A stretch of 32,000 bases of DNA from Methanococcus maripaludis. GTDB taxonomy: Archaea; AGJL01; Methanococci; Methanococcales; Methanococcaceae. The notes under the pieces are model-generated. The model ran no database searches and had not been told where the DNA came from. It saw only the letters and a list, made by a program, of their open reading frames with translations. The DNA lies in the NCBI RefSeq assembly GCF_002945325.1, contig NZ_CP026606.1, forward strand, positions 1,050,001 to 1,082,000. Direction: 5' to 3'. The stretch's first letter is position 1, and every line of letters begins with the position of its first letter. Below are positions 1 through 9,146 of the stretch, in pieces. Both the position numbers and the translations under genes were made by a program.

Positions 1-18
1 TTAAAAAAGGGATATATT

Positions 19-423
19 ATGGCAGAACCCGTAATTATGGCCTTTGTATGTTACCAGTGAGGATACGGTGCAGCCGATTTGGCTGGTACGAGCAGAATGC
101 AATACCCTGCATCAGTTAGAGCTATTAGAGTGCCATGTACTGGTAAATTCGATATTACCTATGCATTAAGAGCATTCCAAAAAGGCGCTGATGCTGTATT
201 CGTTGCAGGTTGAAAACCAAACGAATGTGCATTCGAAACTGGAAACTTCAAAGCTGAAGAAAGGGTTAAGTTTGGAAAACAGATCCTAGATGAACTCGGA
301 ATCGGTGGCGAAAGACTTGAGATGTTCTTCATGTCAGGTGCTGACGCAGGTAAATTTACCGAAGCAGTTAAAGAAATGACCGATAGAGTTAAAAAACTAG
401 GACCCAACCCAATCAAAGCGTAA
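19..423 (+). CDS. vhuD: F420-non-reducing hydrogenase, iron-sulfur subunit D (selenoprotein), two in-frame TGA/Sec codons
   Basis: Manual translation from ATG 19: MAEPVIMAFVCYQ-U-GYGAADLAGTSRMQYPASVRAIRVPCTGKFDITYALRAFQKGADAVFVAG-U-KPNECAFETGNFKAEERVKFG...KLGPNPIKA*. TGA at 58-60 and 211-213, TAA at 421-423, all in one frame. Sequence is MvhD/VhuD-like, sits directly upstream of vhuG, and is followed by a SECIS-like hairpin. Confidence 0.95.
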
Positions 424-445
424 AACCGTTTAAAAAGAGAATGAA

Positions 446-475
446 TTTTGCGGGGAACCAAAAGGACTCGTAAAA
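446..475 (+). promoter_or_regulatory. candidate archaeal SECIS element in the vhuD 3' region
   Basis: ttttgcggg-GAA-cc-aaaa-gg-A-ctcgtaaaa: 9 bp lower stem (including G.U pairs), GAA/A internal loop, 2 bp GC upper stem and a 4 nt loop, matching the Methanococcus SECIS architecture. Confidence 0.85.
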
Positions 476-522
476 TGACTGCCCTCTGTGTAGGGAATTT
501 TTAACAATCACAAGGTGATTAA

Positions 523-1389
523 ATGGCAGATAAAGTTAAGGTAGGCATTATACAACTCTGCGGATGCTCTGGATGCCATATATCACTACTTGATTTACAC
601 GAAGGCCTTTTGGACGTTCTTCCAGCTTTGGAAATTGTATACGCTCCAATCATTGCTGACGTAAAAGAAATTCCTGATGTTGACGTATTCTTAGTCGAAG
701 GCGGAGTAAGAAGCGAACACGATGAACACTTGATTCATGAAATCAGGGAAAAATCAAAAGTAGTGATTGCATGGGGATCCTGTGCAGCTTTCGGAGGTAT
801 TCCGGGACTTGGCAATATGTATACTCCAGAACAACTTAAAGAAACAGTTTATACGACAGTTTCAACAGATAACCCTGGAGTTATTCCAACTGAAGGAGTT
901 CCTGAACTAACTACTGAGGTAAGGGCTATTTCTGATGTAGTTAAAGCAGATTACGTAATTCCTGGATGTCCTCCAAAACCTGCACTAACCGCAGGGGCAA
1001 TTGTTGCATTATTGGAAGGAAAAGATCCAGTATTACCGACAAAAATTGTATGTGATGAATGTCCAAGAACAAAAGAGAATGTATTCCCTAAAGAGTTCAA
1101 GAGATCCTTTGAAGGAACTCCTGATCCAGAGAAATGTCTCTTTGAACAAGGATACACATGCATGGGTATGGCTACAAGAGCAGGCTGTGGTGCAATGTGT
1201 CCATCAGCAAATATGCCTTGTAGAGGATGCTACGGTAAAACTGATGAAACTTTGGATCAAGGGGCAGCAGCTGCAAACACTTATGCAAATGCAGGAGAAG
1301 CAGCGCTTGAAATCCCGGATAAGGTTGCAACACTAAACAGATTCACGTTACCTGTTGCTTTAGTATCCAAAAAAATCCAAAAAGAATAA
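523..1389 (+). CDS. vhuG: F420-non-reducing hydrogenase small subunit G
   Basis: 288 aa with CSGCHISLLDLHE, small-subunit Cys motifs and GCGAMCPSANMPCRGCYG. Preceded by a ggtgat ribosome-binding site. Confidence 0.95.
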   Translation: MADKVKVGIIQLCGCSGCHISLLDLHEGLLDVLPALEIVYAPIIADVKEIPDVDVFLVEGGVRSEHDEHLIHEIREKSKVVIAWGSCAAFGGIPGLGNMYTPEQLKETVYTTVSTDNPGVIPTEGVPELTTEVRAISDVVKADYVIPGCPPKPALTAGAIVALLEGKDPVLPTKIVCDECPRTKENVFPKEFKRSFEGTPDPEKCLFEQGYTCMGMATRAGCGAMCPSANMPCRGCYGKTDETLDQGAAAANTYANAGEAALEIPDKVATLNRFTLPVALVSKKIQKE

Positions 1390-1430
1390 ACAAATACTTT
1401 CAAAAAACATAATTTAAGGATGGTGACTCT

Positions 1431-2687
1431 ATGGGTAAGGTTACTATCGAACCTCTATCCCGTTTAGAAGGGCACGGTAAGGTTTCAATAACCTTAGATG
1501 ATGCGGGAAAACCAACAGATGTAAAATTACATATTACTGCCCTTAGAGGATTCGAACAGTTTGTTGTAGGACGACCTGCAGAGGAAGTACCAAGAATAGT
1601 ACCAAGAATTTGTGGAATTTGCCAGACTCCGCACCACTTGGCAAGTGTTAAAGCAGTAGATGCTGCATGGGGTGCAGAAGTACCAAGTGCAGCCGAAAAA
1701 TTAAGAGAATTAATGCATCTTGGAAACATGATGCATTCTCACGCATTGCACTTCTATTACTTGGCAGCTCCTGACTTTGTACTTGGTCCTGATTCAGATC
1801 CTGCAGCTAGAAACATTATTGGAGTTATTGGCGCAGCTCCTGAAGTTGCTAAAAAAGCAATTGCAATGAGACGAGTTGGTCAATCAATTGTTGAAACAAT
1901 TGGTGGTAGAGCAATTCACCCTGTTACAGGAGTTCCTGGTGGGGTATCCAAAGCATTGAGCGAAGAAAAAAGAGACGAATTATTAAAAGAAATTGACGAA
2001 ATGATCGCATATGGTCAAGACGGTATCGCTCTTATCAAATCACTCAATGAAAAATACATGGATGTTGTAAAATCACTCGGTGTAATTGATACCTGGTATT
2101 TAGGTATGGTAAAAGAAGGTAAACACAATTTCTACGGGGACACATTAAGATTCATGTCACCTGATGGAAAACAAACTACCGACTTTAAACCTTCAGAATA
2201 CTTAGATAACATCGGTGAACACGTTGTAGGACACAACTACGTTAAATATCCATACAACAAAAAAGTTGGATATCCTGACGGTCTCTACAGAGTGGGCCCA
2301 TTAGCAATGCTTAATGTATGTGATTCAATGCCTACGCCTCTTGCCGAAGAAGCTAGAAAAGATTTCGCAGACACTTTCGGAAAACCTGCAAACCAATCAT
2401 TAGCATACAATCATGCAAGATTGATAGAATTGCTCGCTTCATGCGAAAGAGTCAAAGAACTTTTAGAAGACTCAGAAATAACTTCAACAGACATTAAAGC
2501 AGAAGTTGAACCAAAAGCAGGAAATGGTGTTGGTGCGATTTACGCTCCAAGAGGTACTTTATTCCACAATTATGAAACAGATGATAAAGGAATTGTTGTT
2601 AAAGCAAACATGATTGTAGCTTCAACACACAACGTACCTACCATGGAAAAAGCTATCCAACAAGCTGCAGAAGTTGTCTTCAAATAA
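1431..2687 (+). CDS. vhuA: F420-non-reducing hydrogenase large subunit A
   Basis: 418 aa with N-terminal NiFe motif RICGICQTPHH. It lacks the C-terminal DPCxxC motif, which is carried by the adjacent vhuU. Confidence 0.95.
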   Translation: MGKVTIEPLSRLEGHGKVSITLDDAGKPTDVKLHITALRGFEQFVVGRPAEEVPRIVPRICGICQTPHHLASVKAVDAAWGAEVPSAAEKLRELMHLGNMMHSHALHFYYLAAPDFVLGPDSDPAARNIIGVIGAAPEVAKKAIAMRRVGQSIVETIGGRAIHPVTGVPGGVSKALSEEKRDELLKEIDEMIAYGQDGIALIKSLNEKYMDVVKSLGVIDTWYLGMVKEGKHNFYGDTLRFMSPDGKQTTDFKPSEYLDNIGEHVVGHNYVKYPYNKKVGYPDGLYRVGPLAMLNVCDSMPTPLAEEARKDFADTFGKPANQSLAYNHARLIELLASCERVKELLEDSEITSTDIKAEVEPKAGNGVGAIYAPRGTLFHNYETDDKGIVVKANMIVASTHNVPTMEKAIQQAAEVVFK

Positions 2688-2702
2688 GCAACGGTGGTAA
2701 AG

Positions 2703-2837
2703 ATGGTAGATGAGGCAAAATTAAATTTAATCGAGATCGTGCTAAGAGCATACGATCCATGATATTCATGTGCAGCGCACATGATTGTAAAAGACGAACA
2801 AGGAAAAGTTCTCCTTGAAGTCAAAAAAGAAGAATAA
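2703..2837 (+). CDS. vhuU: F420-non-reducing hydrogenase selenocysteine micro-subunit U
   Basis: Manual translation [44 protein letters not shown]. In-frame TGA at 2760-2762 sits inside the DPU/CxxC NiFe ligand motif. 44 aa, missed by the ORF track. Confidence 0.96.
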
Positions 2838-2841
2838 AACT

Positions 2842-2874
2842 TCTCTAACCGAACCCTAAACGGGAGGCTAGGGA
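2842..2874 (+). promoter_or_regulatory. candidate archaeal SECIS element in the vhuU 3' region
   Basis: tctctaacc-GAA-CCC-taaac-GGG-A-ggctaggga: lower stem with one A/C mismatch, GAA/A internal loop and a 3 bp GC upper stem. Confidence 0.88.
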
Positions 2875-2926
2875 AACCTTCAATAGAAGGCCCCATACCT
2901 TTAAAAATTTTTTCGGGGGTTGTCAT

Positions 2927-4114
2927 TTGGCAGGAATATCTATTCAAGAGGATGCTTGCCTTGTGTGTAATGCCTGTGCGAAGGCATGCCCTACAGAGGC
3001 AATAGAGATTGCCCCCTTTAAGACATGTATTCAGTGCTTTAGTTGTGCTACTGCATGTCCGACAGGGGCATTAGTTGAAAAAGACGGAAAGTTAGTTTTC
3101 AATGGAAGCAAATGTGATTTGGACGGAGCATGTCAAAAAGCATGCCCTGTAGGAATCAAAAAAGTAGATGACAGATTCCCATACTCCAAAGGACACTGTG
3201 TTCTCTGTGAGAAATGTGTTGATATCTGCCCTGCTGAAATAATTTCACTTCCTGGAAAAGCCGAAAAGCCTAAAAAAGAAATAATCATTCCACAAGAACC
3301 AATTGCAGTTACAAAAGACTGTGTTGCTTGTGGCGTATGTGTTCCAGAGTGTCCGGTTGATGCAATATCCATCGAAGATATCGCAGTAATTGATACAGAC
3401 AAGTGTATATACTGTACTGTATGTTCACAAACTTGTCCATGGAACGCAATCTTTGTAGCTGGAAAACTGCCTCAAAAAAGACAGAAAACAATCAAATCTT
3501 TCACAGTTAATGAGGAAGAATGTATTGGTTGTGAGAAGTGTGTTGAAGCATGTCCTGGTTCAATGATTGAGTACAATGGTGAAGCTTTAGGTGTTAAATT
3601 ACCAGGGGCATGCCCTGCATGTGGACTCTGTGTAGAAAGCTGTCCAGTTGAAGTTATTAGCTTGGAAGTTGAATATGCAAGCGCAAAACCAGTTACTGAC
3701 GAAGGTCTAGTCTGGTCAGAAGAAAAATGTGCATACTGCGGACCTTGTGCAATCAAATGTCCAACAGGTGCAATAAAAGTAGTTAATCCGAAAGGATTAG
3801 AATTACCTTCAAAGAAAAAAACCGAAAAAGCAAACGAATTCGCAATGTGTATTCGATGTGGTGCCTGTGCAATGAAGTGTCCAACCGGCGCTTTAAAAAT
3901 GGGCAAAATGGTTCATGAAGGTAAAGAATACGCAAGAGTTGAATTTAGCCCTGCATTATGTAATGAATGCGGCGAATGTGTAGATGTATGTCCACAGAAA
4001 ACACTGGAACTCACCGGTGACGACAAAATGCCTCTTAAAGGTTACTGTGTAATGTGCTTGAAATGTATTGAAGCATGCAACAAAACCAAAAAAGAAGCAT
4101 TATCATTGAAATAA
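2927..4114 (+). CDS. vhuB: polyferredoxin subunit B of the F420-non-reducing hydrogenase
   Basis: 395 aa with many CxxCxxCxxxCP ferredoxin motifs. Apparent TTG start at 2927. Located directly downstream of vhuU. Confidence 0.93.
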   Translation: MAGISIQEDACLVCNACAKACPTEAIEIAPFKTCIQCFSCATACPTGALVEKDGKLVFNGSKCDLDGACQKACPVGIKKVDDRFPYSKGHCVLCEKCVDICPAEIISLPGKAEKPKKEIIIPQEPIAVTKDCVACGVCVPECPVDAISIEDIAVIDTDKCIYCTVCSQTCPWNAIFVAGKLPQKRQKTIKSFTVNEEECIGCEKCVEACPGSMIEYNGEALGVKLPGACPACGLCVESCPVEVISLEVEYASAKPVTDEGLVWSEEKCAYCGPCAIKCPTGAIKVVNPKGLELPSKKKTEKANEFAMCIRCGACAMKCPTGALKMGKMVHEGKEYARVEFSPALCNECGECVDVCPQKTLELTGDDKMPLKGYCVMCLKCIEACNKTKKEALSLK

Positions 4115-4143
4115 ACCATTCCCATTTTTTTTGGGTGATAAAA

Positions 4144-5448
4144 GTGGAAGTGTTTAAGAATGTCGTATGTCCATTCTGTGGGACTCTTTGCGATGATATT
4201 GAAGTTCTTGTAGAAAATAACCATGTAGTTGGGACTAGAAATGCATGCAGAATCGGAAATGCAAAATTTATGCACTTCGAGGGCGCTGTAAGACATGAAT
4301 CTCCTCTTATGAGGGAAAATAAGAAGGATGACTTTAAAAAGGTTGACTACGAGACTGCAACAGAAGAAACCGCAAGGTTACTCGTCGAAGCAAAGTTACC
4401 GCTCATTTACGGGTGGAGTTCTGCGGAATGCCATGCACAGCAATTAGGTGTATTATTGGCTGAAAAAACGAAAGCTATTGTGGATAACACCGCGAGTGTT
4501 TGACACGGGCCTTCACTTTTAGCTGTACAGGATGTAGGATACCCTGTTTCAACATTAGGAGAAACTAAAAACAGAGCAGACGTTGTCTTGTTCTGGGGTT
4601 CAAACCCAATGCATGCTCACCCAAGACACATGAGCAGGTACTCAGTATTCCCAAGAGGATTCTTTAGACAAAGAGGTAAACAGGACAGACAGATGATTGT
4701 GGTAGATCCGAGAAAAACGGATACTGCAAAACTCGCTGACATTCACCTCCAAGTGGAGCCTCATAAGGATTATGAGCTTGTAAGTGCTCTTAGAGCTGCA
4801 GCAAAAGGATTTAATATTGAAGCTGAACAGGTAGCTGGTGTTCCAACGGAAACCATCTACGAAGCAGTCGACATCTGTAAAAATGCCCAGTTCGGTTCAC
4901 TCTTCTTTGCGATGGGTGTAACAATGAGCAGGGGAAAACACAGAATTATTGACAATGCTATTCAGTTTGTAATTGACATGAATGCATATACTAAGTTTGT
5001 ATTGACTCCAATGAGGGGACACTACAACGTTAACGGATTCAATCAGGTTTCAACCTGGGTTACTGGATACCCCTACGGTGTAGACTTCTCAAGAGGGTAC
5101 CCAAGATACAATCCGGGAGAAACTGCTTCAAACGATGTATTGCAGAGAGGAGACACCGACATGATGATCAACGTTGCATCAGATGCAGGTGCACACTTCC
5201 CTCAAAAAGCAGTACAGCACATGGCAAAAATCCCGCTTGTATGTATCGATCCTCACGAAACTCCATCATCTGTAATTTCCAATATTGTACTTCCTCCAGC
5301 AATAACCGGACTTGAAGTTTCAGGAACTGCTTACAGAATGGACGGTGTTCCAATCGAACTAAGAAAAGTCATCAAAGCTCCTGAAGGAATGCTTTCCGAT
5401 GCAGAAATAATGAAAATGTTGATCAAAAAGGTCGACGAAATGAAATAA
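4144..5448 (+). CDS. fwdB: formylmethanofuran dehydrogenase (tungsten-type) subunit B, selenoprotein with in-frame TGA
   Basis: Likely GTG start at 4144 ([21 protein letters not shown]) after GGTGAT at 4134-4139. TGA at 4501-4503 reads through in the same frame: ...[58 protein letters not shown]. The track shows only the two halves, 4075-4503 and 4588-5448. Confidence 0.94.
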
Positions 5449-5485
5449 TTAAATTTCGGTATCCTACGACTGAAGAAAATAACTC

Positions 5486-5516
5486 GTTGAACGGAAACCT
5501 TTATGGACCTTTCAAC
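5486..5516 (+). promoter_or_regulatory. candidate SECIS element in the fwdB 3' region
   Basis: gttgaacggaaacc-tttat-ggacctttcaac: gttgaa/ttcaac 6 bp lower stem, C/T mismatch, purine-rich GAAA/A internal loop, CC/GG upper stem, then a T-tract at 5523-5530. Confidence 0.72.
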
Positions 5517-5657
5517 AAAAATCTTTTTTTAAATTATTTATTTCAAAATTACTCTGGTTTTAAAGAATCTATTTTAATTTATTAAATATGGAAAAATTAT
5601 ATAATTTACAAGTTTGAAATTCATTTTTAGATTTAATTATTTGATTCGGGTGTTTTT

Positions 5658-6326
5658 ATGGAAATTATACCAGTTATTGATTTAATGAATGGATTGGCAG
5701 TTTCTGGAAAAAGTGGAAATAGAAAAGAATATGTTCCAATAAAATCCGTATTATGTGATTCTTCAGATCCCCACGATGTAATTAAAAAATACAACGAAAA
5801 TGGGGCAAAAAAAGTATATATCGCAGATTTAAACTCGATAATGGGTACCGGAAACAATTTTGAAATTGTAAAAAGTCTCGATATTTTTAAAATTGTTGAT
5901 TTTGGAGTTACTGATAAAAAAGATTTAGAAAACGTCAAAAAATGTGTCAATATGACGATTCTTGGAACTGAAACTCTAAATGATATTTCGATTTTAAAAG
6001 AAGGAAATATTATTTTAAGCCTTGATTTTAAGGATGGAAAACTTTTAAATTATGATTTAGATGACATTTTAAGTAAAGTCGATAAAAAAACTCCGTTAAT
6101 AATACTGGATATCTCATCAGTTGGAACTCAAAAAGGAATTAACGTGGAATTAATAAAAGATATATTGAAAAAAACCGATAATCCAATATACATTGGTGGT
6201 GGAATTAAATCTGAGGATGACTTAAAAATTTCAAAGGAACTTGGAATTTCCGGAGTTTTGATTGGAACTACAATACACAATGGAAAACTCGATTTAAAAA
6301 AAATAATTCAAAAGTACGGGGAATAG
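5658..6326 (+). CDS. HisA/HisF-related (beta/alpha)8-barrel protein
   Basis: 222 aa, MEIIPVIDLMNGLAVSGKSG... with YIADLNSI, ILSLDFKDG, YIGGGIKSEDDLK and GVLIGTTIHNG. Resembles the HisA family but appears divergent from canonical HisA. Confidence 0.75.
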   Translation: MEIIPVIDLMNGLAVSGKSGNRKEYVPIKSVLCDSSDPHDVIKKYNENGAKKVYIADLNSIMGTGNNFEIVKSLDIFKIVDFGVTDKKDLENVKKCVNMTILGTETLNDISILKEGNIILSLDFKDGKLLNYDLDDILSKVDKKTPLIILDISSVGTQKGINVELIKDILKKTDNPIYIGGGIKSEDDLKISKELGISGVLIGTTIHNGKLDLKKIIQKYGE

Positions 6327-6327
6327 T

Positions 6328-6885
6328 ATGGAACTTACAAGATATGAAATTATTAAAATTTTAATGGAATACGTGACCGATGAAATAGTTGTTTGTAACA
6401 TCGGAATTCCAAGTAAAGAACTCTTTAAAATTAACGATAGGGAAAAAAACTTCTACATGTTAGGATCGATGGGTCTGTCATCATCCATCGGACATGGATT
6501 AGCACTTTCTGTAAATGAAAAGGTAATTGCAATTGATGGAGATGGTTCTGTATTGATGAACATGGGCTCTCTTGCAACAATTGGAAAAACAGCTCCAAAA
6601 GACTTTTTATTATTAATTGTTGACAACTGCGCTTATGGATCAACTGGAAATCAGGAAACTCATTCAACATGTACTGATTTATACCAAGTTTCAAAAGCAT
6701 GCGGAATAGATTCAATTGGCGTATTTAATGAAGAACAGCTTAGAGAGGCAGTTAAACTTGTATTAACTGAATCTGGTACAAAAGTAATTATTGCAAAAGC
6801 AAGACCGCACAATGAAAACGTTCCAAACATAAACTTGGTTCCAACTGAAATAAAACACAGATTTATGAATTCGATAAAAAAATAA
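6328..6885 (+). CDS. comE: sulfopyruvate decarboxylase subunit beta (ThDP-binding)
   Basis: 185 aa with GSMGLSSSIGHGLALS, GDGSVLMNMGSLATIG and NCAYGSTGNQETHS, typical of a ThDP-binding ComE-type subunit. Confidence 0.85.
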   Translation: MELTRYEIIKILMEYVTDEIVVCNIGIPSKELFKINDREKNFYMLGSMGLSSSIGHGLALSVNEKVIAIDGDGSVLMNMGSLATIGKTAPKDFLLLIVDNCAYGSTGNQETHSTCTDLYQVSKACGIDSIGVFNEEQLREAVKLVLTESGTKVIIAKARPHNENVPNINLVPTEIKHRFMNSIKK

Positions 6886-6897
6886 TAAATAAAAAAG

Positions 6898-7590
6898 TTA
6901 TTTTCCCAAAAATTTATTTTTAAAGTTTAAAATATTTTCATAATCCTGATTTATTGGATATCCGACAATAATATGGTCTTTAAATTTATTTAAATCTTCA
7001 TTTTTCAAGTCTTCAAGTGAAATTATGAAATCCTGCCAGTTTCCGTGATAATTTTCACGTCTTCCAAGGTAGTTTTTCATGGAATCCAATATATTTTCAT
7101 CCATTTTTTCAACATATGGTATGTAAACTGCTTTTTTAGACGAAATATCTGGATTTTCACAGCCGTAAACATAGTAAGAAATTAAATCGTTTTTTTCGAT
7201 AAAATCCTGTACCAGATTTTCAACACCTTCGGTTCCAACCCAGATTTTATTTTCGTAAGTTATTGCTTTTTCTAAAATATCTAAAATCCTTGTTTTTTGG
7301 AAATTAGATTCTTTTTTTGAAAGATAAGCCTTATTTCCTAAAACAACGCAGATATCAAAGTCATATGACGCATATTTTTCTAAAAGTTCAAAAGAATCGT
7401 TTCTTTTACTTTGAACAGTTAAAACTGCTTTTTTCAAACTTTCAAGAATACTTTCATCTAGCAAAGTAGTTTCAGCATCTATAACGTGGTAATCAAAAGA
7501 TTTTGAAACATTTTTATTTATTTCAAGCAATATGTCATAATCATAATTGATTTTAGTCAATTTTGTTGCAATTGCAAGCATTTTTTTCAC
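6898..7590 (-). CDS. conserved hypothetical protein
   Basis: 230 aa intact ORF, 2 nt from the 7593-7808 ferredoxin gene on the same strand. No family recognised. Confidence 0.7.
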   Translation of the reverse strand: MKKMLAIATKLTKINYDYDILLEINKNVSKSFDYHVIDAETTLLDESILESLKKAVLTVQSKRNDSFELLEKYASYDFDICVVLGNKAYLSKKESNFQKTRILDILEKAITYENKIWVGTEGVENLVQDFIEKNDLISYYVYGCENPDISSKKAVYIPYVEKMDENILDSMKNYLGRRENYHGNWQDFIISLEDLKNEDLNKFKDHIIVGYPINQDYENILNFKNKFLGK

Positions 7591-7592
7591 GT

Positions 7593-7808
7593 TTATTCTT
7601 CAGTTTCAACGGTAATTGCCTGATCTGGACACTCTAATATGCAGAGCTGGCAGTTTGTGCATTCTTTTGGATTTACTGGGTTTGGCGGGTAAATTCCTTT
7701 TTTATTTAGTGTTTCGGACTTTTTGTAAACGTCTTTTGGACACACTTCTATGCAGATGTCGCAGCCTTTACAGTAATTTTCGTCAATTATGATCTTCATA
7801 ATATTCAC
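7593..7808 (-). CDS. 4Fe-4S dicluster ferredoxin, similar to 2-oxoacid:ferredoxin oxidoreductase delta subunits
   Basis: 71 aa with CKGCDICIEVCP and CTNCQLCILECP. Confidence 0.85.
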   Translation of the reverse strand: MNIMKIIIDENYCKGCDICIEVCPKDVYKKSETLNKKGIYPPNPVNPKECTNCQLCILECPDQAITVETEE

Positions 7809-7814
7809 CGCTAA

Positions 7815-8816
7815 TTATTTCTTCTTTGATTCCGGTTTATTTTTATTATTTTTATTTCTTTTTTTCCAGATTCTTGGATAAATTCCTGGCTCCATTATAA
7901 CACGCGTTATTTCTACAACTTCGCCTTCTTCAGTTTTTAACATATCTTTTGTATTCATGAGCGGTTTTCCAACTGCAACAGCTTCTCCTTTCAGTGTTTC
8001 GATTAAAACAATTTCATCAGTTCCAATTCCTTTTTCAATTTTTGAAACTCCTGAAGAATAAAGTGTAGCTCCATGGCATACTGCATCAACCGCGCTATCC
8101 TTTACAATTATTTTTTTAAGGTGTTGTAGCCCATATTCAAGGGGTTTTACTAATTTTCTTAATTCTTCTTCGTTTCCGTCTTCCTTCCAGAATATATATG
8201 CATCAAGTAAATCCTGCAAATAAACAGCTTCATTTTCGTAAAATGGTCCGCTAATAGTTCTTCTAAGCTCTTGCATGTGTGCAGAAGTTCCAAGAGCTTC
8301 ACCCATATCATCTACGAGTTTTCTTAAATATGTTCCGGATTGACATTTCGTTCTAAATAAAATATCTCGCCCATCAATTTCTAAAATCTCAATTTCGTAT
8401 ATTTTTCTAATTCTAAGGCTTCTTTTAACCGCTGCTTTTAAAGGAGGCCTTTGGTGAATTCTTCCAGTAAATTCTTTAAAAATTTTTTCAATATCTGAAA
8501 ACTTAGCATCATCATGAAGATGCATTAAACATACGTATTCTTTTGGCGGGATGTGCCAGATCGGAACGCATTTTGTCGTGTTTCCTAATGCCACGGGAAG
8601 TGCTCCTGTAACTTTTGGGTCAAGTGTTCCGCCGTGTCCTGCTTTAACTAAATTTAGCATGTTTCTAACCCATGCGGCAACTTCGTGGGAAGTTGGACCA
8701 GACGGCTTATCAATTACAACGAGCCCAGTATTTAGAAGTGTTTTTATGTCTCTATTGTATGGGTCTGATCCGTAATTATAATCTGTTTTTGATTCTTCTT
8801 TTACAATTAATTCCAA
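7815..8816 (-). CDS. cbf5: tRNA/rRNA pseudouridine synthase Cbf5/TruB family, with C-terminal PUA domain
   Basis: 333 aa with KPSGPTSHEVAAWVRN and GHGGTLDPKVTGALPVALG motifs and a PUA-like C-terminus. Confidence 0.92.
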   Translation of the reverse strand: MELIVKEESKTDYNYGSDPYNRDIKTLLNTGLVVIDKPSGPTSHEVAAWVRNMLNLVKAGHGGTLDPKVTGALPVALGNTTKCVPIWHIPPKEYVCLMHLHDDAKFSDIEKIFKEFTGRIHQRPPLKAAVKRSLRIRKIYEIEILEIDGRDILFRTKCQSGTYLRKLVDDMGEALGTSAHMQELRRTISGPFYENEAVYLQDLLDAYIFWKEDGNEEELRKLVKPLEYGLQHLKKIIVKDSAVDAVCHGATLYSSGVSKIEKGIGTDEIVLIETLKGEAVAVGKPLMNTKDMLKTEEGEVVEITRVIMEPGIYPRIWKKRNKNNKNKPESKKK

Positions 8817-8833
8817 AGTCTCACCTTAAAGGC

Positions 8834-9031
8834 TCATTTTCGTTTTTTATTTTTCATAAACTGTTTTTGGTGTTTTTTCATAAATCTGTAGAGCCTGAAT
8901 GCAGTTACAATAATTCCTGTAAAAAATCCAATTAATACAAAGCAGTTGTTACTATATGCATTCTTAAGTATATAACCTATTATAATTCCAAAAGTTATCG
9001 GGAGGACTATTTCAAAAGCAAGATCGATCAT
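8834..9031 (-). CDS. small predicted membrane protein (two hydrophobic helices)
   Basis: 65 aa, MIDLAFEIVLPITFGIIIGYILKNAYSNNCFVLIGFFTGIIVTAFRLYRF... with a basic C-terminus. Just upstream of cbf5 on the same strand. Confidence 0.5.
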   Translation of the reverse strand: MIDLAFEIVLPITFGIIIGYILKNAYSNNCFVLIGFFTGIIVTAFRLYRFMKKHQKQFMKNKKRK

Positions 9032-9146
9032 ATTTTCAAATGTTTATTTCATAATCATAAAACTCGTAATCAAAGAAAACTTACTCAAAAATAAATTTAA
9101 CAGTAAACTATATATATTTCTTTTTTTATTCTTATAATGTGCAATA

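Noticed and set aside
159-461. Minus-strand 100 aa ORF
   Set aside because: Antisense to vhuD, which is clearly coding on the plus strand with Sec TGA codons; no recognisable protein features.
1001-1336. Out-of-frame 111 aa ORF within vhuG and similar nested or antisense ORFs (e.g. 14313-14564, 16117-16356, 26600-26993)
   Set aside because: Shadow ORFs inside well-supported genes, with low-complexity or hydrophobic composition and no independent RBS.
4075-4503. ORF upstream extension [23 protein letters not shown] and apparent truncation of fwdB
   Set aside because: The extension overlaps the end of vhuB and the intergenic RBS. The apparent stop is a Sec codon, not a pseudogenising mutation, because the frame and homologous sequence continue.
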